Shown here: positions 41,521-54,335 of the stretch, in pieces
Position numbering within the stretch: the stretch's first letter is position 1
Layout of the letters: the number at the start of each line of letters is the position of its first letter
Source: Camelus ferus
Taxonomy: Eukaryota
Direction: 5' to 3'
Length of the DNA: 60,000 nt
Assembly (NCBI RefSeq): GCF_009834535.1
Contig: NC_045697.1
Span: 103,046,001 to 103,106,000, forward strand
Made by a program: the position numbers and the translations under genes
Notes under the pieces: generated by a model
Seen by the model: the letters and a program-made list of their open reading frames with translations, nothing else
Told to the model about the DNA's origin: nothing
Databases searched by the model: none

Positions 41521-42826
41521 ACACACTAGATTTTAGGATAAAAAAATTAACTACTCTTTTGAGAGAATTTTCTCAAATCTCCTTTGCCAAATATGACAAA
41601 CCAAATTACTAAAAAGACTAAATTACAGAGACAGACTGAATCATGAAAAGAGTAGAGTCACTTTAAATCAGAAAAGAAAGGACATACGGAACTTGAAAAA
41701 TTAAGAAAATGCTAACTTGCAAAATCTGGAATTCCAGATCTAAATATGCAAACTTTTTTACGTGAGGAATTTCAGCAGCAGCAGCCATCATTGGTGGATA
41801 CCACTCAGTCAACCGAAAGTACCAGTTTCTAGACTTCAGATGGGGGAGGAACAAGAACTAAAACTTAAGCGAGAGACAGTGCGTCTCCATCTACGTGGGT
41901 CTGGGACGATCCCGTCCCCTCTCTCCCGGCCCACCCCACCCCCAAGAAGAAGTTTGCCCACGAAGGACACAGATTAGGGGGGACTCAGATTCTTCCCTGG
42001 CCAGATACATGCCGGCTCTTTCTCCTGTACATTTTTATACCTCTTTCCCAGAGGTATTTATCAGCCCCATTTACTCCTCTGACTATGACCAAGCTGAAAT
42101 TTTGACTGCATTTTGCTGTCTCCAGAAACATGACAGTATATGTACGTATAGAAAGCCCTGGATGGAAGACTTTCATTATAACAAACTCACACATGCTTTC
42201 CCAGGCCGTTTCACTTCTATGAACCTCCAAGTCCTCATCTGTGAAATGGAGATAATGTTGTGTCCTTATCACAAAGTTCAGGGGAAGATCTATTGGAAGA
42301 AAAATGTGTGTGAGAAGAGAATACCTGGGAAACACAGCTGCTGTGCGAGCTGGGGTTGCTGTTTTCCCCCTTACCTGCCAAGTCATTCCTGGCCCAGGTG
42401 ATCTGGATACACGATGGTTATCAATGAGCTCTGCTCAAAGGAGATTAATCATTAAAACTCTTGGGCTTCAACTATGAAATATAACTGGAAATTGTCTTAA
42501 GAATAAAGAGCTCAGGTCAGGATTTTTCACCATATTCCTAGTGGACAGCTAATTTGGGCTTTCCCTGACTCCCTGGGGCTGCCTACTGGGACAGTTATGC
42601 AAGTGGTTAATTGGTGTGGCAATGCTGGCAGCCAGCTTGGAGATCTACCAGTTGGCACTCCCAGATCGTCCAGGAAGTTGAAACCTACTGGGTCCAGGAC
42701 CCGAGGAGCTGGTAGCGTGGTGCATAAATCAGCCCTTGATGCTCAACTGCAATTATTTATATTTTTGGTAAAATCTTAGGATCATTGTCATCAGCCATAG
42801 AAGTTTTTAAGTCTCCTGGAAGTTTT

Positions 42827-42903
42827 GGGTTTTTTTTTTTAATTGAAGTATAGTTGATTTACAATGTTGTGTTAATTTCTGGTGTACAGCATAGTGATTC
42901 AGT

Positions 42904-42942
<39 letters not shown>

Positions 42943-43775
42943 TCCTTTTCATATTCTTTTTCATTATAAGCTATTATAATGTATTAAATATAGTTCCCTG
43001 TGCTATACAGTAGGATCTTGTTATTTATCTGTTTTTTATATAAAGTAGTTAGTATGTGCAAATCCTGAACCCCCAATTTATCCCTTCCCACTGGTAACCG
43101 TAAGTTTGTTTTCTATGTCTGTGAGTCTCTGTTTTGTAAATAAGTTGTGTCCTTTTTTTAGGTTCTACATATAAGTGATTTTAGTATTTTTCTCTTTCTG
43201 GCTTACTTCACTTAGTATGACAACCTCCGGGTCCATCCATGTTGCTGCAAATGGCATGACTTTATTCATTTTTATGGCTGGATAGTATTCCATTGTATAA
43301 ATATACCACAACTTTATCCAGTCATCTGTTAATGGACATTTAGGTGTTTCCATGTCTTGGCTATTGTAAATAGTGCTGCTGTGTACTCTGGGGTGCATGT
43401 ATCTTTTTGAATTAAGAGTTTCCTCTGGACATACGTCCAGGAGTGGGATTGCTGGATCATACGGTAAGTCTGTTTTCCGTTTTTTAAGGAACTTCCATAC
43501 TGCTCTCCATAGTGGCTGTACCAAACTACATTCCCACCAGCAGTGCAGGAGGGTTCCCTTTTCTCCACAGCCTCTCTAGCATTTATCATTTGTGGACTTT
43601 TTAATGTGGCCATTCTGACCGGTATGAAGTGATACCTCATGGTAGTTTTGATTTGCATTTCTCTGATAATTAGCAATGTTGAGCGTCTTTTCATGTGCCT
43701 GTTGGCCATTTGTGTGTCTTCACTGGAGAAATGTTTGTTTAGGTCTTCAGCCCATTTTTTGATTGGGTTGTTTGT
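42827..43775 (-). mobile_element. Young 5'-truncated L1 with decayed ORF2 C-terminus and 3'UTR
   Basis: Perfect 15-bp TSD tctcctggaagtttt 42812-42826 and 43776-43790. ORF2 motifs [31 protein letters not shown] (stop in the Cys-rich region) and VQPLW...PYDPAIPLL, with a frameshift. Confidence 0.95.
42907..42936 (+). repeat. (AC)15 microsatellite inside L1 3'UTR
   Basis: Read directly. Confidence 0.95.
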
Positions 43776-46181
43776 TCTCCTGGAAGTTTTAATTAAAGGG
43801 ATGAAAAAGTCAAAACAACTCTTTGTTGTTATTACTAGAAAAAACGTAAGCTAGTTCAACAAACAAACAAACAAAAGCAACGTGAACTGCTTCACAGAAG
43901 ACATACTTTCCGCCCCTAAGAAACCACTCGCTAGCTGGGGTGATTAGAAGCAGGGGGCCCTGGCACCCCTGCCTCTCTCCACCACCTCATAGTATTTGAC
44001 CTCCAGCAGACTTCTGAACTTTTATGCACCTGTCTCCTTATCCGTAAAACAGAGGCAATAAAGCCTGTCTCCCGGGTTATCATGGAGATTAAGTCAATAC
44101 AGGCAAAGCCCTTAGAACCTCTCAGTGAGTATTAATACTACTGACCAGGTCTGGCTCAGAAGACAAGTTAAAAAGAGTTCAAATCAACAAACGTTTGATG
44201 GAGACATACTTACCTTTAAAGCATTTAGTAAGCACAGTGGGAAGCCCCGACTGCAAGGACGTCACAGTCCTGTGAGAGAAACCCAAAGGGAGAAGCAATT
44301 CGTGAGTGTCCACTGACAGGCTCCGTGCCTGGGTGTCCACACATCTCCTTCATCCTCACAAGAACATGTGAGTTTCTACTCCATCCTTGACTCCTCATGT
44401 CATTTTTTTTAATGAATGAGGAAACTAGTTCAGAAGCTAAATAACTTGTCACAAGTCACCTAGCTCTAGGTAGTATGGGAATCAATTTCAATTCAGGTCT
44501 GACTTAAAAATCTAGAGTTAATTCCATTATATTCTTACCCTTGTCAGTTTGCAGACATATAAAATTACTGTAAAATAAGGCAGAATGAAAAAAGTACAGA
44601 GGAGCTCAGAGTAAAGGAAAAAGAGTTGGGGCTTGGCCAAGTGGAACCCAGTAAAGGTTTTTTACAGAGAAAGTGGTATTTAGGGTTGAACCTGGAGGGA
44701 TGGAAGCATTTTGATATTTGGAGAAAACCTGGAGCAAGACAACAGCCTGAGTTAGAAGTATGTGTGACAGATACCTGTAGTTTGGAACATTTCAGCACCT
44801 GCCCACCAATTTCTTTCTTTCTTTTTTTTAAAATTTTTTCAGGTATAGCAAGGTAATTTAATGAAATAGTGTTTTTAAAAAGTACCTAAGCCTCAGTAAT
44901 CCATGAGGAAATTTCAGTTTGTCCAACATATGTGTGATTGGAGATCAAGAGAAGGAGGAGGGGATAGGAACGAGAAAAAAGATAACCATTTTTCCCAAAT
45001 TTGTGTACGTATATATACAGATATGTAACATATATATTTATATATGTATAATATATGGATATATAAAACTGCCCACCAATTTCTAAAGACATGCCTCCAA
45101 CCCACAGGGTGACTGTGGGATTTGCCACGCAGTATAATGTGATGTTCCTTCTGGCCACTGTCAGGTGGTCCAGGCGGGAGCCTGTCCTGGGACTGTAAGA
45201 AGGAAGAGAGTTTTTCTGTGCCTGGTGGAAGCTATAGTAAACCTTGGGAATTAAGAGATGTCTCCTGCCATCAATTCTGCTCTCTGGGCTGGCTACAGAG
45301 AGAGACAGGGTTCTCAGGGCATCTGGGTTCCCGGGTCTGGGATTTACCAAGTACTGCCACGTTTTTGTTTGTGGCTATCCTGGGACACACCAGAATCTTT
45401 ACGGAGAAACCCTTCTTATGCTTCATGTAGTTTGATTTGGGTTTTTATTACCTGCAAGCAAATGTGATTTAAGCAATGCAGTATGAACATAATTTGACTT
45501 TTTAAAGATCATTTTTATAGATAATTTCCTTTTAACCCAAACAATTGTTGTTCACTCAAGATTTTAAAAGTCCAAGAAAAAACAAAAGAAGAAGGTAAAA
45601 GTCATCCATCCTAACCCTTGAAAAGTAAATTAGTTTTACGACAATCTGGCAGAGAGCTGTTCAGCAGGCTGTAGGAAATTCAGGTCTAAAGGTTGGTCTT
45701 ATTAGTAGAGAGATGATGACTGGCTCCGATTGGCTAAGCAGTTACCAGCACCAGTCCTGTGCAGCCACCGTGCTGGGTATAAATGTGGGCAAATCCTCAG
45801 CCCTGCCCTCAAGGAGCCTGCCCTGTGCTGAGAGGCAGACACATGAATAAACAGTGACACGTGCTGTGACAGCGAGGAGCACAGAAGGGGACATAATCAG
45901 GACCAGACGAGTAAGGGAAGACTTCTCAGAGGAGATGGTGCCTCCAGGCTCAGTCTAGTGAGCCAACCAGGAGTGGTCTGGGCACAGGATATGTAGGGGA
46001 GGACGTGTGCCAGGCAGAGAGGGCAGAATGTGGAAGAGCCCAGCACGTCTAGGGACAGTGATGCAGTGCAGCTAGAGTGTGGGGCAATTAGCGATGGTAA
46101 AGAAAAGAATGGAGAAGAAAAAACGAGCCACGTCATTAAAGATCTTGTCCATGTTATACTAAAAAAAATGGAATTTTAAGA

Positions 46182-46337
46182 GGGCAGGGTATAGTTCAGT
46201 GGTAGAGTGTGTGCACTTAGCATGCACAAGGTCCTGGGTTCAATCTCCAGTACCTCCATTAAATAAATAAATAAACCTAATTACCCACCCACCCCCAAAA
46301 TAAATAAAAATCAATAATTCATTTAAAAGAATTTTTT
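46182..46337 (+). mobile_element. Vic-1-like SINE
   Basis: A/B boxes and tail; TSD aaatggaatttt (46166-46177)/aaatgggatttt (46338-46349). Confidence 0.9.
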
Positions 46338-47752
46338 AAATGGGATTTTTTTTTTCCCCTACGAGTTTAGCTCCTAGAGATCTCAACCTAGAAATAGTTA
46401 GGACAGTCCAGGGTCCAGGAGAATCTACAATGAAGTGTACACACGAGGTGCAGAGAAGAGCTAACAAATTAGGGAAGGTCATAGAAGCCAAGGAAAGCGT
46501 GCCGACAAGGAGGGCTGAACAAGCCGTGTGAAGAGTATGGACTGAGAAGGGGGAGCCTTCTAAGTGTAACTGCGGAAGGATTGTGCTCAGGCTCAGGAGG
46601 TCTCTGGAGACCTTAGAGGGCTTGGGGAGGGGGTGTATGAAGCCAAGTCGTAAGGATTAGAGAGTCTGCACTGAAAAAGTGGAGGCCGAGAGCACTGATT
46701 CTCGAAGAGCTGAGTGGTGAGGAGGAGACGAGGAAAGAGAACCGCGTAGGGTGGCTGGAGAGAGGAGCGGATGTGAGGAAGGCTGTGTCAGAGCAGAGCG
46801 CACGCCTCTGGGGGATGTCCGCCTGCTTGGCGAGGTCGGCCGGGGCAAGGCGGGAGGCTGGGCTGAGGAAGTGTGGCGAGGTCAAAGCAGTTGCTGCGAA
46901 GAGAGGACTACACCAGCCGTCAGTTCGAGCACTGGGGAGAGAGCATCGGCGGCACAGCTGAGGGGGGGTGACGTGGCCTTGAAGTAGATCCCATCCGCGT
47001 GGTTCCATAGAAGCTCTGGAATTCGGGGGGGGGGGCGGATTAGAAAAAAAGAATGTGGCAGAATTCCCAGAGTTAAGGACTGACCAGGAGCTCCTGGGGA
47101 AACTCCAGGGGACTGGTGACCATCGCTGGAACGATGACCTGGGTGGCGCGGGACAAGAAACCAGCCAGAGAGCACGTTCGGGGTGAATGCCCGCAGCCTG
47201 CGCTCACTGCGTCACCCAGAAATTTGAGAACGCTGCATCTCAAACAGCAAATCCTGAACCATGGCCCTTCGTGAAGGGTGCTGTGTGGGGTCGAGTCGTG
47301 AAAGTCACTGGAGGAATGAAAATCAAGGAACCTGGAAGTAGACTTGAGTGGAGTTAAGAGGTTTTGTCCATCATTGTGTCACCAGATAATGCTTAACGCA
47401 CGGTAGGCACGCCGTAAAACACGAATGATGTGGTCTAACGGCGTGGACATTGGGGTCAGCTAGGGTGATGCAGGAGACGCTGGCGAAGGTGACTGTGGAA
47501 TCAGGGCAAGGCACCAGCAGAGCCACAGTAGTGGAAGAAAAAAAAAACTTAAAAAGCGTCAGAAATCCAGAAGAACGTGACTCTGCAAGGGAAGACAAGT
47601 GGAAAAGAAAGCCAGAGAGACTCAGGGCGATCCATCGATTCATCCCAGGGTCCAAGAGGGAGCAATGTGAAAGTTGAAGAGCTTTCAAATAGAAAAGGTC
47701 TATTTTTCTTGAGTCTGGTGACTGTGTAACAGTTACACTTTTGTAACTCTTA

Positions 47753-47876
47753 TTTTTTTCTTTTTAGAAGAGGAGGTAATTAAGTTTATTTATTTTTAAA
47801 TGGAGGTACTGGGAATTGAACCCAGGACCTTGTGCATGCTAAGCATGTGCTCTACCACTGAGCTATTCCCTCCCCT
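47753..47876 (-). mobile_element. Vic-1-like SINE
   Basis: Reverse-strand A/B boxes; degenerate 21-bp TSD gttacacttttgtaactctta/gctacacttctataattctta. Confidence 0.9.
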
Positions 47877-49261
47877 GCTACACTTCTATAATTCTTAAGT
47901 GTTTTTTAAGGCAATGGACCCCAAAAAAAGGTGCTGCAGGGACTCCTCAGGCCTACAGTTATCAAGCATTGGAACGGAGAACGTTTTCAGCAGATCTGGA
48001 AGCTCAGTGTTGGCAACTGAGAGGCCGTCATCATTGAAAGGTACCATGATATTTTAAAGGCTGTATTATATTTAAAAGCTTGGGACTGACTTCTCTAAGG
48101 AAGACTTTCGCAAAAAGCTGACAATTGGTAAATTCCCCCCTTAATTGGAAAACCAAATAAATCAAAGTAACACAGCTCAACTCTCTTTATCCCTTAAAGT
48201 AGAGTAAGTTTTTAAAAGGGGAAAATAAAGAGAAAAGAAAAAAGTTGAAATTGAGCTGCTGTTCCCCTTTAGGACTAGACGTCCTAGGACTAGACGTCCT
48301 TTGAGAACGTGAGAGAGAAAATGTTCTTCTTCTCCTTGGTCTTGGGTCAGATAGAGTTGCCTCTGTCTTATTTCCATCCCATGCAGATGTGACAGTTAAG
48401 AGTCAGGGCACAGGAGTTACGTGGACTTGTTTTACAGGCTCCATCACTTTTGAGCTGCATCACTTCAGGCAAGTGAACTAATGTCTGTGCATCAGTCTCC
48501 TTAACTGTAAAAATGGAAAAATAACAGCCATGCTCTCATAGGTTGTGTAATGGCCACTGAATACTTGGCACAGAGCCAGGCACACAGTGAATGCTTAACA
48601 ACGGCTTGGCGGCAACAGTGATGAGGACCCGGAGGGTTTCATGAATGCATGCCTCTCAATACAGTGGGGCAGTAGGGTTCTCAGTAGCTCTGGAAGGTGG
48701 TAGATGACTTGAAACATAGTAAAAGTCTTTTTAAAATGCCAACAACAATAATGAACATTCTAGTAAAGAAAAATTCAGTGAGCTCTGGCAAAGCAAAAAG
48801 GAAAAAAAGCAGTGCCCAGTGTGTAGCTCAGCTGATGTTAAAACATCAATCTTGTCCGTTTGCTTCCAGCGAAGAGACCGTCTGTGGATTCTTGACAGAA
48901 GAATCTTGAGGTGACTCTATTGCAAGTTGTATCCTATTTGCTAAATAATTGTGTTTCCAAGGTGCTGATCAATACTGATTTTCATTTACATGACTCCCTG
49001 CATCACCCCTAAATTAGAGACCAGCTGCTTGTAAGGGCATCTCTTACCCTGGTGGTTTCCCAAGCTAAAACCATTTCTTTATTCCAGGTTCCATCCTGGG
49101 TTATTCTGCCTGAATGCTGGCCACACCTGATCTCGGACCTAGAACTGCCCCCGCCCATCTTAGGGTGCTGCTAACCCCGAGGGGTTCAAAGCCACTCTCC
49201 CGTGCTTGCTTCCACCCTGACTCGACATCATTTGCTGAGGGGACACCCCACTGGGACCTCT

Positions 49262-49276
49262 CCTCCAGGGGGCGCC
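49262..49276 (+). promoter_or_regulatory. Candidate CTCF site
   Basis: CCTCCAGGGGGCGCC closely matches the CTCF core CCASYAGRKGGCRS. Confidence 0.55.
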
Positions 49277-50649
49277 TTTACCACTGCGTCAGCCATTCTT
49301 CTCCTGTGTACTTCCACGTTCCAGATTCTTGTTTATCCCTTTGCAGGCCGGGATTTATTTTGGTGGTGTGATTTTGTCTCCTCCAGTCGGGATGTGGACG
49401 GCTACTCTTCTACTTCTGGGAGGGCAGATTCCTCGTCGGGTGAACTGGCACCGCTCCGCCCTGGGTGTCTGCCTAAGTACACAGCAAATTCTACCCTCAC
49501 CAGTCATCCGATATTAATAGCTCATTTGTATCTAATAAAATCCATGGACTCAGGGCCCTACCAGTATTCCTACTCCACCCCTGCACTTGCCTAAATATAT
49601 TTAGAAGCTTCAATTAGCAGAGGTCCTTTGGAGAGGAAAGAGACAAGATAAACCTTTAGAGGAGAAGTAATTCCTATAAAGGAATTATAGGCAACACCAC
49701 TAAGAAAGGTCTCTGACGCTAATCCCCGTGTGCCCGGAAACCATTTCAAAATGTGAGCCGTCGAGAAGCCAATCCCGATGGGATGTGACACTGATCTCTC
49801 TTTAAGGTGGGAGGGTTTCTATATATATTCCAGGCTCTAGCATCTGTCTTTCAGAAGACAGGGAGCAAGATGAGGTAAGGGAGAGAGGAAGGCTTTGAGC
49901 CAGAAGCCTGTATCCAAATCCTGGCCCCTGCACTCCCTCCATGGTGACCTCTGTGATGTTCTCCAGATTGTCCGGGATTTTCCCCCTGGAAAGTGGGAGA
50001 CATACTCTTCAAGGACGTTGTGAAGATTAGGGACAATGATGCAAAGTGCTGCTTGTCATACCTGTCACCTGAGTGGGGGCCCAGCAAACAGTTACTACGT
50101 TTGGTTAAGCTGGAGGGGTGACATTTTTTAATTGGCATGTGTCTATTTGAAAAGTCACTGTAACTGCCTTCAAGTTCAAAAACATTCAAGTTGTATGATG
50201 TGAAAGTTACACAAAAGAAAGATTTTTAAAAGTGAGAAAACAGAATCTATCGAATCCCCTTAGAAATTATACAATGGATTTTTTTTTTTAAACAGGGGAT
50301 TTTTAAGCCAAAAACTCTCATTGTGTTTTCTGCAGGTGACCAGTAAATATTGATTAATGGACTTCATCTGTGGTTTTTCATAAGAACCCAAGCCCAAGTT
50401 CTCCCCCATGTAGTCTGCCCTTAATTCAAACATTAATTACGACTCTTATATCTTAAGATTGTTAGATAATCATACTTCATGCACTGAGAAATCATTTGAA
50501 AGTTATGAAGTACATCCTCAGGCTTTGATAAATGAGTATAACTAGTTTCCAGAATTTCTGTTCATAAGCCAAAACTGTTGTCATCAATCATTAAATGTTC
50601 CCATTTAAATTAGTGTAAAAACTTCAGTGTTTCTCTTAATGGAATAATG

Positions 50650-51315
50650 AATAGAGCGCCTCGTTCGTGGTGTTGGGGGGCCCCAAGGCTCTGCTCTGGC
50701 TTCCTTTCCATCCTCCACCCACTCCCTCCCCTCAGGTGACCTCCTCCACTCTTCAACTCCTTGGCTTTCGTTGCCCTTGTGGTACCACAGACTCACAGAC
50801 CTGTCTCCGGCCAGAGCATCTCTTGGGAACTCATACATCTAACTGCTCACTTGACATCTCCACACGGGTGTCATCTCCAACTTAATGTGGCCCAAACCGA
50901 CCTCGTGATTCCCAGACCACTTCCCTACCACCCACATCTTCTCCTTCTTAGTAAATGCCATCACTAACCATCATCCAGTTCCTAAAGCCAAAAACCTTTT
51001 CTCATCCTACAGCCATTCCATCAGTAGATCCTGTTTCCTCTACCCTCAAAACACATCCTTCATCTACCCATTTCTTTCTGCATCTGCCCCTTCCATCCTT
51101 GTCTCAGGCACTATCATCTCTTGCCTGGACAACTACCTTCCTTCCTGGCTGGTCTCCCTGCCTCCATTCTTGCCCTCACTACAATTGATTCTCCGCATGG
51201 CTTCCAGAACTGTCACTTAAAAATGCAAATAGTTTGTCACTTCCTAGCACAAAACTGTCAGTGGGCTCCCCTGGGCACTTAGAATCAAACCTAAACTCCT
51301 TCTGTGGCTCTTGTC
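50650..51315 (+). mobile_element. L2 LINE fragment
   Basis: cttgacatctccac...atctccaacttaatgtggcccaaac...ccatcatccagttcctaaagccaaaaacct...atcatctcttgcctggac. Confidence 0.75.
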
Positions 51316-51317
51316 TC

Positions 51318-51500
51318 AGTGGTTCTCATTTTTAGGGAGTGATTGGCATTGTACCGGAGCACTTTTGATTGTCATGACAATCGGGAGGGGGCTGCTACTG
51401 GCATTGAGTGGGCAGGGTAAGGGAAGCTAGCTGTCCCACAGTTGTGGGATTGCCCTTTATTCTACCTATTGATCAGCATCTGAGCCTGGATCCTGACTCA
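51318..51500 (+). mobile_element. MER20-like hAT fragment
   Basis: cagtggttctca...ttttgattgtcatgac...gctgctactggcattgagtggg. Confidence 0.65.
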
Positions 51501-52949
51501 ATATTACATATTAAATGCAAAGTAAAAAGAATGTGTGTTGTTTTGATTTGTTCCAAGCTTTTTCTAAAAATGTTTACCACAGCAGAAAATCACCTCACCC
51601 CAGGAGAAGCCACTGGCTGTATCTGTGTCACTACTGCAAATTTTCTCCATGTGCACAGTTGGTTCTACCTGATGGGCAATCCTCTGCCTGCTTAGTACCT
51701 TCCAGAAGAGCTGTGCCTAAGCACTACATGTTGAAACACAAAGTACTTTAGTATAAATTGCTTTTTTAAATGATTCTGTTAGCATGAATTAGTGGTTGAT
51801 TGATGACATTAGTGGGGACTTATGAGTAAAAATTTTGGACTAATTATATTTATCCGTTGAGGGATGAGTTGAGGGCGCTTGGAAAGGAAGCACAAATTAT
51901 TTCCCAATGCATGTAGTACAGTTGTCATAACAACCTTATAACAAAATAACCAGTAACTGACATGGGCCATGTAGGAGGGGTCTTCTCCAGAGAAAAGCTG
52001 GATATGAGATCCATCAACTAATGGGCCACCCACAAACTAGAGGCTGGGATTTCAGTTTTAATACCACTTTTATGTTTCCTAGAGGAATTAGATAGCTTTT
52101 GCCTTCTTAATATGTTTTTAAGTTTAAAAAAACAGTTAAGGTGGGAAAAAACATATTTTCTGGGAACTTCATTTTAGGGCAGCAGGTCTCAGGTTTGAGA
52201 GCCCGTGTCCTGTGTGCTCTGGCTTCTGTTACCTCTCCCACCTTGCTTCATCCCACCCCAATCCAAATCCCCAAACACACCAAGCTCCCGCCCCCAGAGC
52301 GCCTCTGTACCCCCACTCACTCCCTCTTCCCCCAGGGCTCGGTCCCTGCTATTTGCATGATGGCACCTCCTTGAGAATTACCTCCTGGTCCTTGCTGACC
52401 TCTCAGGCAGCCAGGGCCTCTCGGTCAGGACACCTACTTGAATTCTCTTTAGCCCTTGTCACCACTTGATGAGGGAGACTTTCTGTCTTTTCCAACAGTA
52501 TGTCCTCTGTTTCTCAAACCTTGCCTGGAATATGGTAGGAGCCTAGTAAATATTTGTGGAATGAAAGAATAAATAAGGTATGGCAAGGGAAAGCGTCTTG
52601 CTGGTGATATAAAAGTAGCGTTCACCATTCGATCATATACAAAACTGGCAAGCTGTGCGTTCTGAAATAAAACGTTAAGACACTTGAACCAGTATTGTAG
52701 CCGGGATTGCCCCCTGCTCACTGTCTCAAAGGCTGCAAATTCGTGCTACCTGAAAGTAACCTTCACAGTATTTTGCAAGCTCTTTTTTCCCAATTAGGGT
52801 GATGTTTCTTAGTTAAACTATATTTGTGGGCATGTGTGTAGAACAGAAAAGCTCATTTAAGTGAGATTTTATTCAAACTGGGGTTACAAACAAAATCATA
52901 ATGGATGAATATGAGGTCATATGACTGTCAGCACACGGTTACTAGTGAG

Positions 52950-53077
52950 TGAGGGAAGGGTATAACTCGGCAGTAGAACATATGCTTAGCATGCACAAGA
53001 TCCTGGGTTCAATCCCCTGTACCTCCATTTAAAAAAAAGAAAAGAAAAGGAAAGAAAAGAAGAAGAAGAATTGACAA
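52950..53077 (+). mobile_element. Vic-1-like SINE, short form with GA-rich tail
   Basis: Perfect TSD ttactagtgag 52939-52949 and 53078-53088. Confidence 0.9.
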
Positions 53078-53189
53078 TTACTAGTGAGCAAATTAGCATC
53101 AAAAATTGTCATATAAGCATTGGGCATAGATGAGTAAAAATTTATCAAGAGAGCATGCAAAGAGAGATTTGCATAAAGAGTGGTAATTA

Positions 53190-53447
53190 GTCAGCAGGGA
53201 AGGGATAAATTAGGAGTTTGGAATTAACAGATATGCACTTCTATATATAAAATAGCTAAACAACAAGGTCCTACTGTGTAGCACAGGGAACTATATTCAA
53301 TACTTTGTAATAACCTATACTGGAAAATAATCTAAAAATGAATATATATATATAGTATAACTGAATCGCTTTGCTGTACACCTGAAACTAACACAACATT
53401 GTAAATCAACTAGACTTCAATAAAAAGTTGTTTTGGAAGAAAAAAAC
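53190..53447 (+). mobile_element. L1 3' end
   Basis: gggataaattaggagtttgg...gcacagggaactatattcaa...aataaaaa; TSD-like agagtggtaatta/agagtaataatta. Confidence 0.88.
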
Positions 53448-53805
53448 AGAGTAATAATTAACTTGCCTCCAGCCTCCCTCACCTCCAATCCATCCTCTAC
53501 AGCCTTTTTCTAAAATACCAATGTTATCTCTCTACTCTGATGGAAATCTTCCAGTGCGTCCCTATCACCACATGTGGCATGCATAATAACAAAAGCTATA
53601 CAGCACCATGACTTGCAGAGCACGTGCAGACCCTTCCCAGTCTGGCTCCTCTCATCCCCTAGGGTGTCCCCACACAGGCCCTAAGTGCCAGTCACGCTGG
53701 AAAATTGTCATCCCCACTTATGACAACAGCCTGTTCCTACACAGCCTCTCCCTGAGGGGCCCTTCTCATACTGCCTAGAAAATCTTAACTCATCATCAGG
53801 AAGTA

Positions 53806-54335
53806 CTGAGAAAGAAAAATACCATATGATAGCACTCATATGTGGCGTCTAAAAAGAGAAGAAAGAAGACACAAATGAACTTATTTACAAAACAGAAACA
53901 GACTCACAGACATAGAAGACAAACTAATGGTTACTGGGGTTGGGAGGGGGAGGGAGGAGAAAAAGAGGGTGGGAAGGGATAAATTGGGAGTTTGAGATTT
54001 GCAGAGAGTAACCGCTATATATGAAATAGATAGACTATGAAATGGAAGATATGTATGTCTATGTATGACTGAACTATTATTTTGTACAACAGAAATTGAC
54101 ACAACACTGTAAACTGACTATACTTCAATTAAAAAAAAGAAAAGAAATTAATTAATTAAATAAATAAAATTGATAAACAAGTTTCTTCTATATAGCACAG
54201 GGAACTATATTGAATATCCTGTAGTAACCTATAATGAAAAGGAATATACGTACGTACCTGTATGACTGAAGCATTGTGCTGTTCACCAGAAATTGACACA
54301 ACATTGTAAACTGACCATACTCCAATTTAAAAAAA
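53806..54335 (+). mobile_element. L1 3' end carrying a second nested L1 3' tip (54036-54166)
   Basis: The terminal motif gaaattgacacaaca.tgtaaactgac occurs twice. The inner copy has an A-rich tail flanked by aaatagatagac/aaattgataaac. Confidence 0.85.

Noticed and set aside
43165..43709. L1 ORF2-like ORFs as a functional gene or active element
   Set aside because: The element is 5'-truncated and frameshifted, with a stop in the Cys-rich motif.
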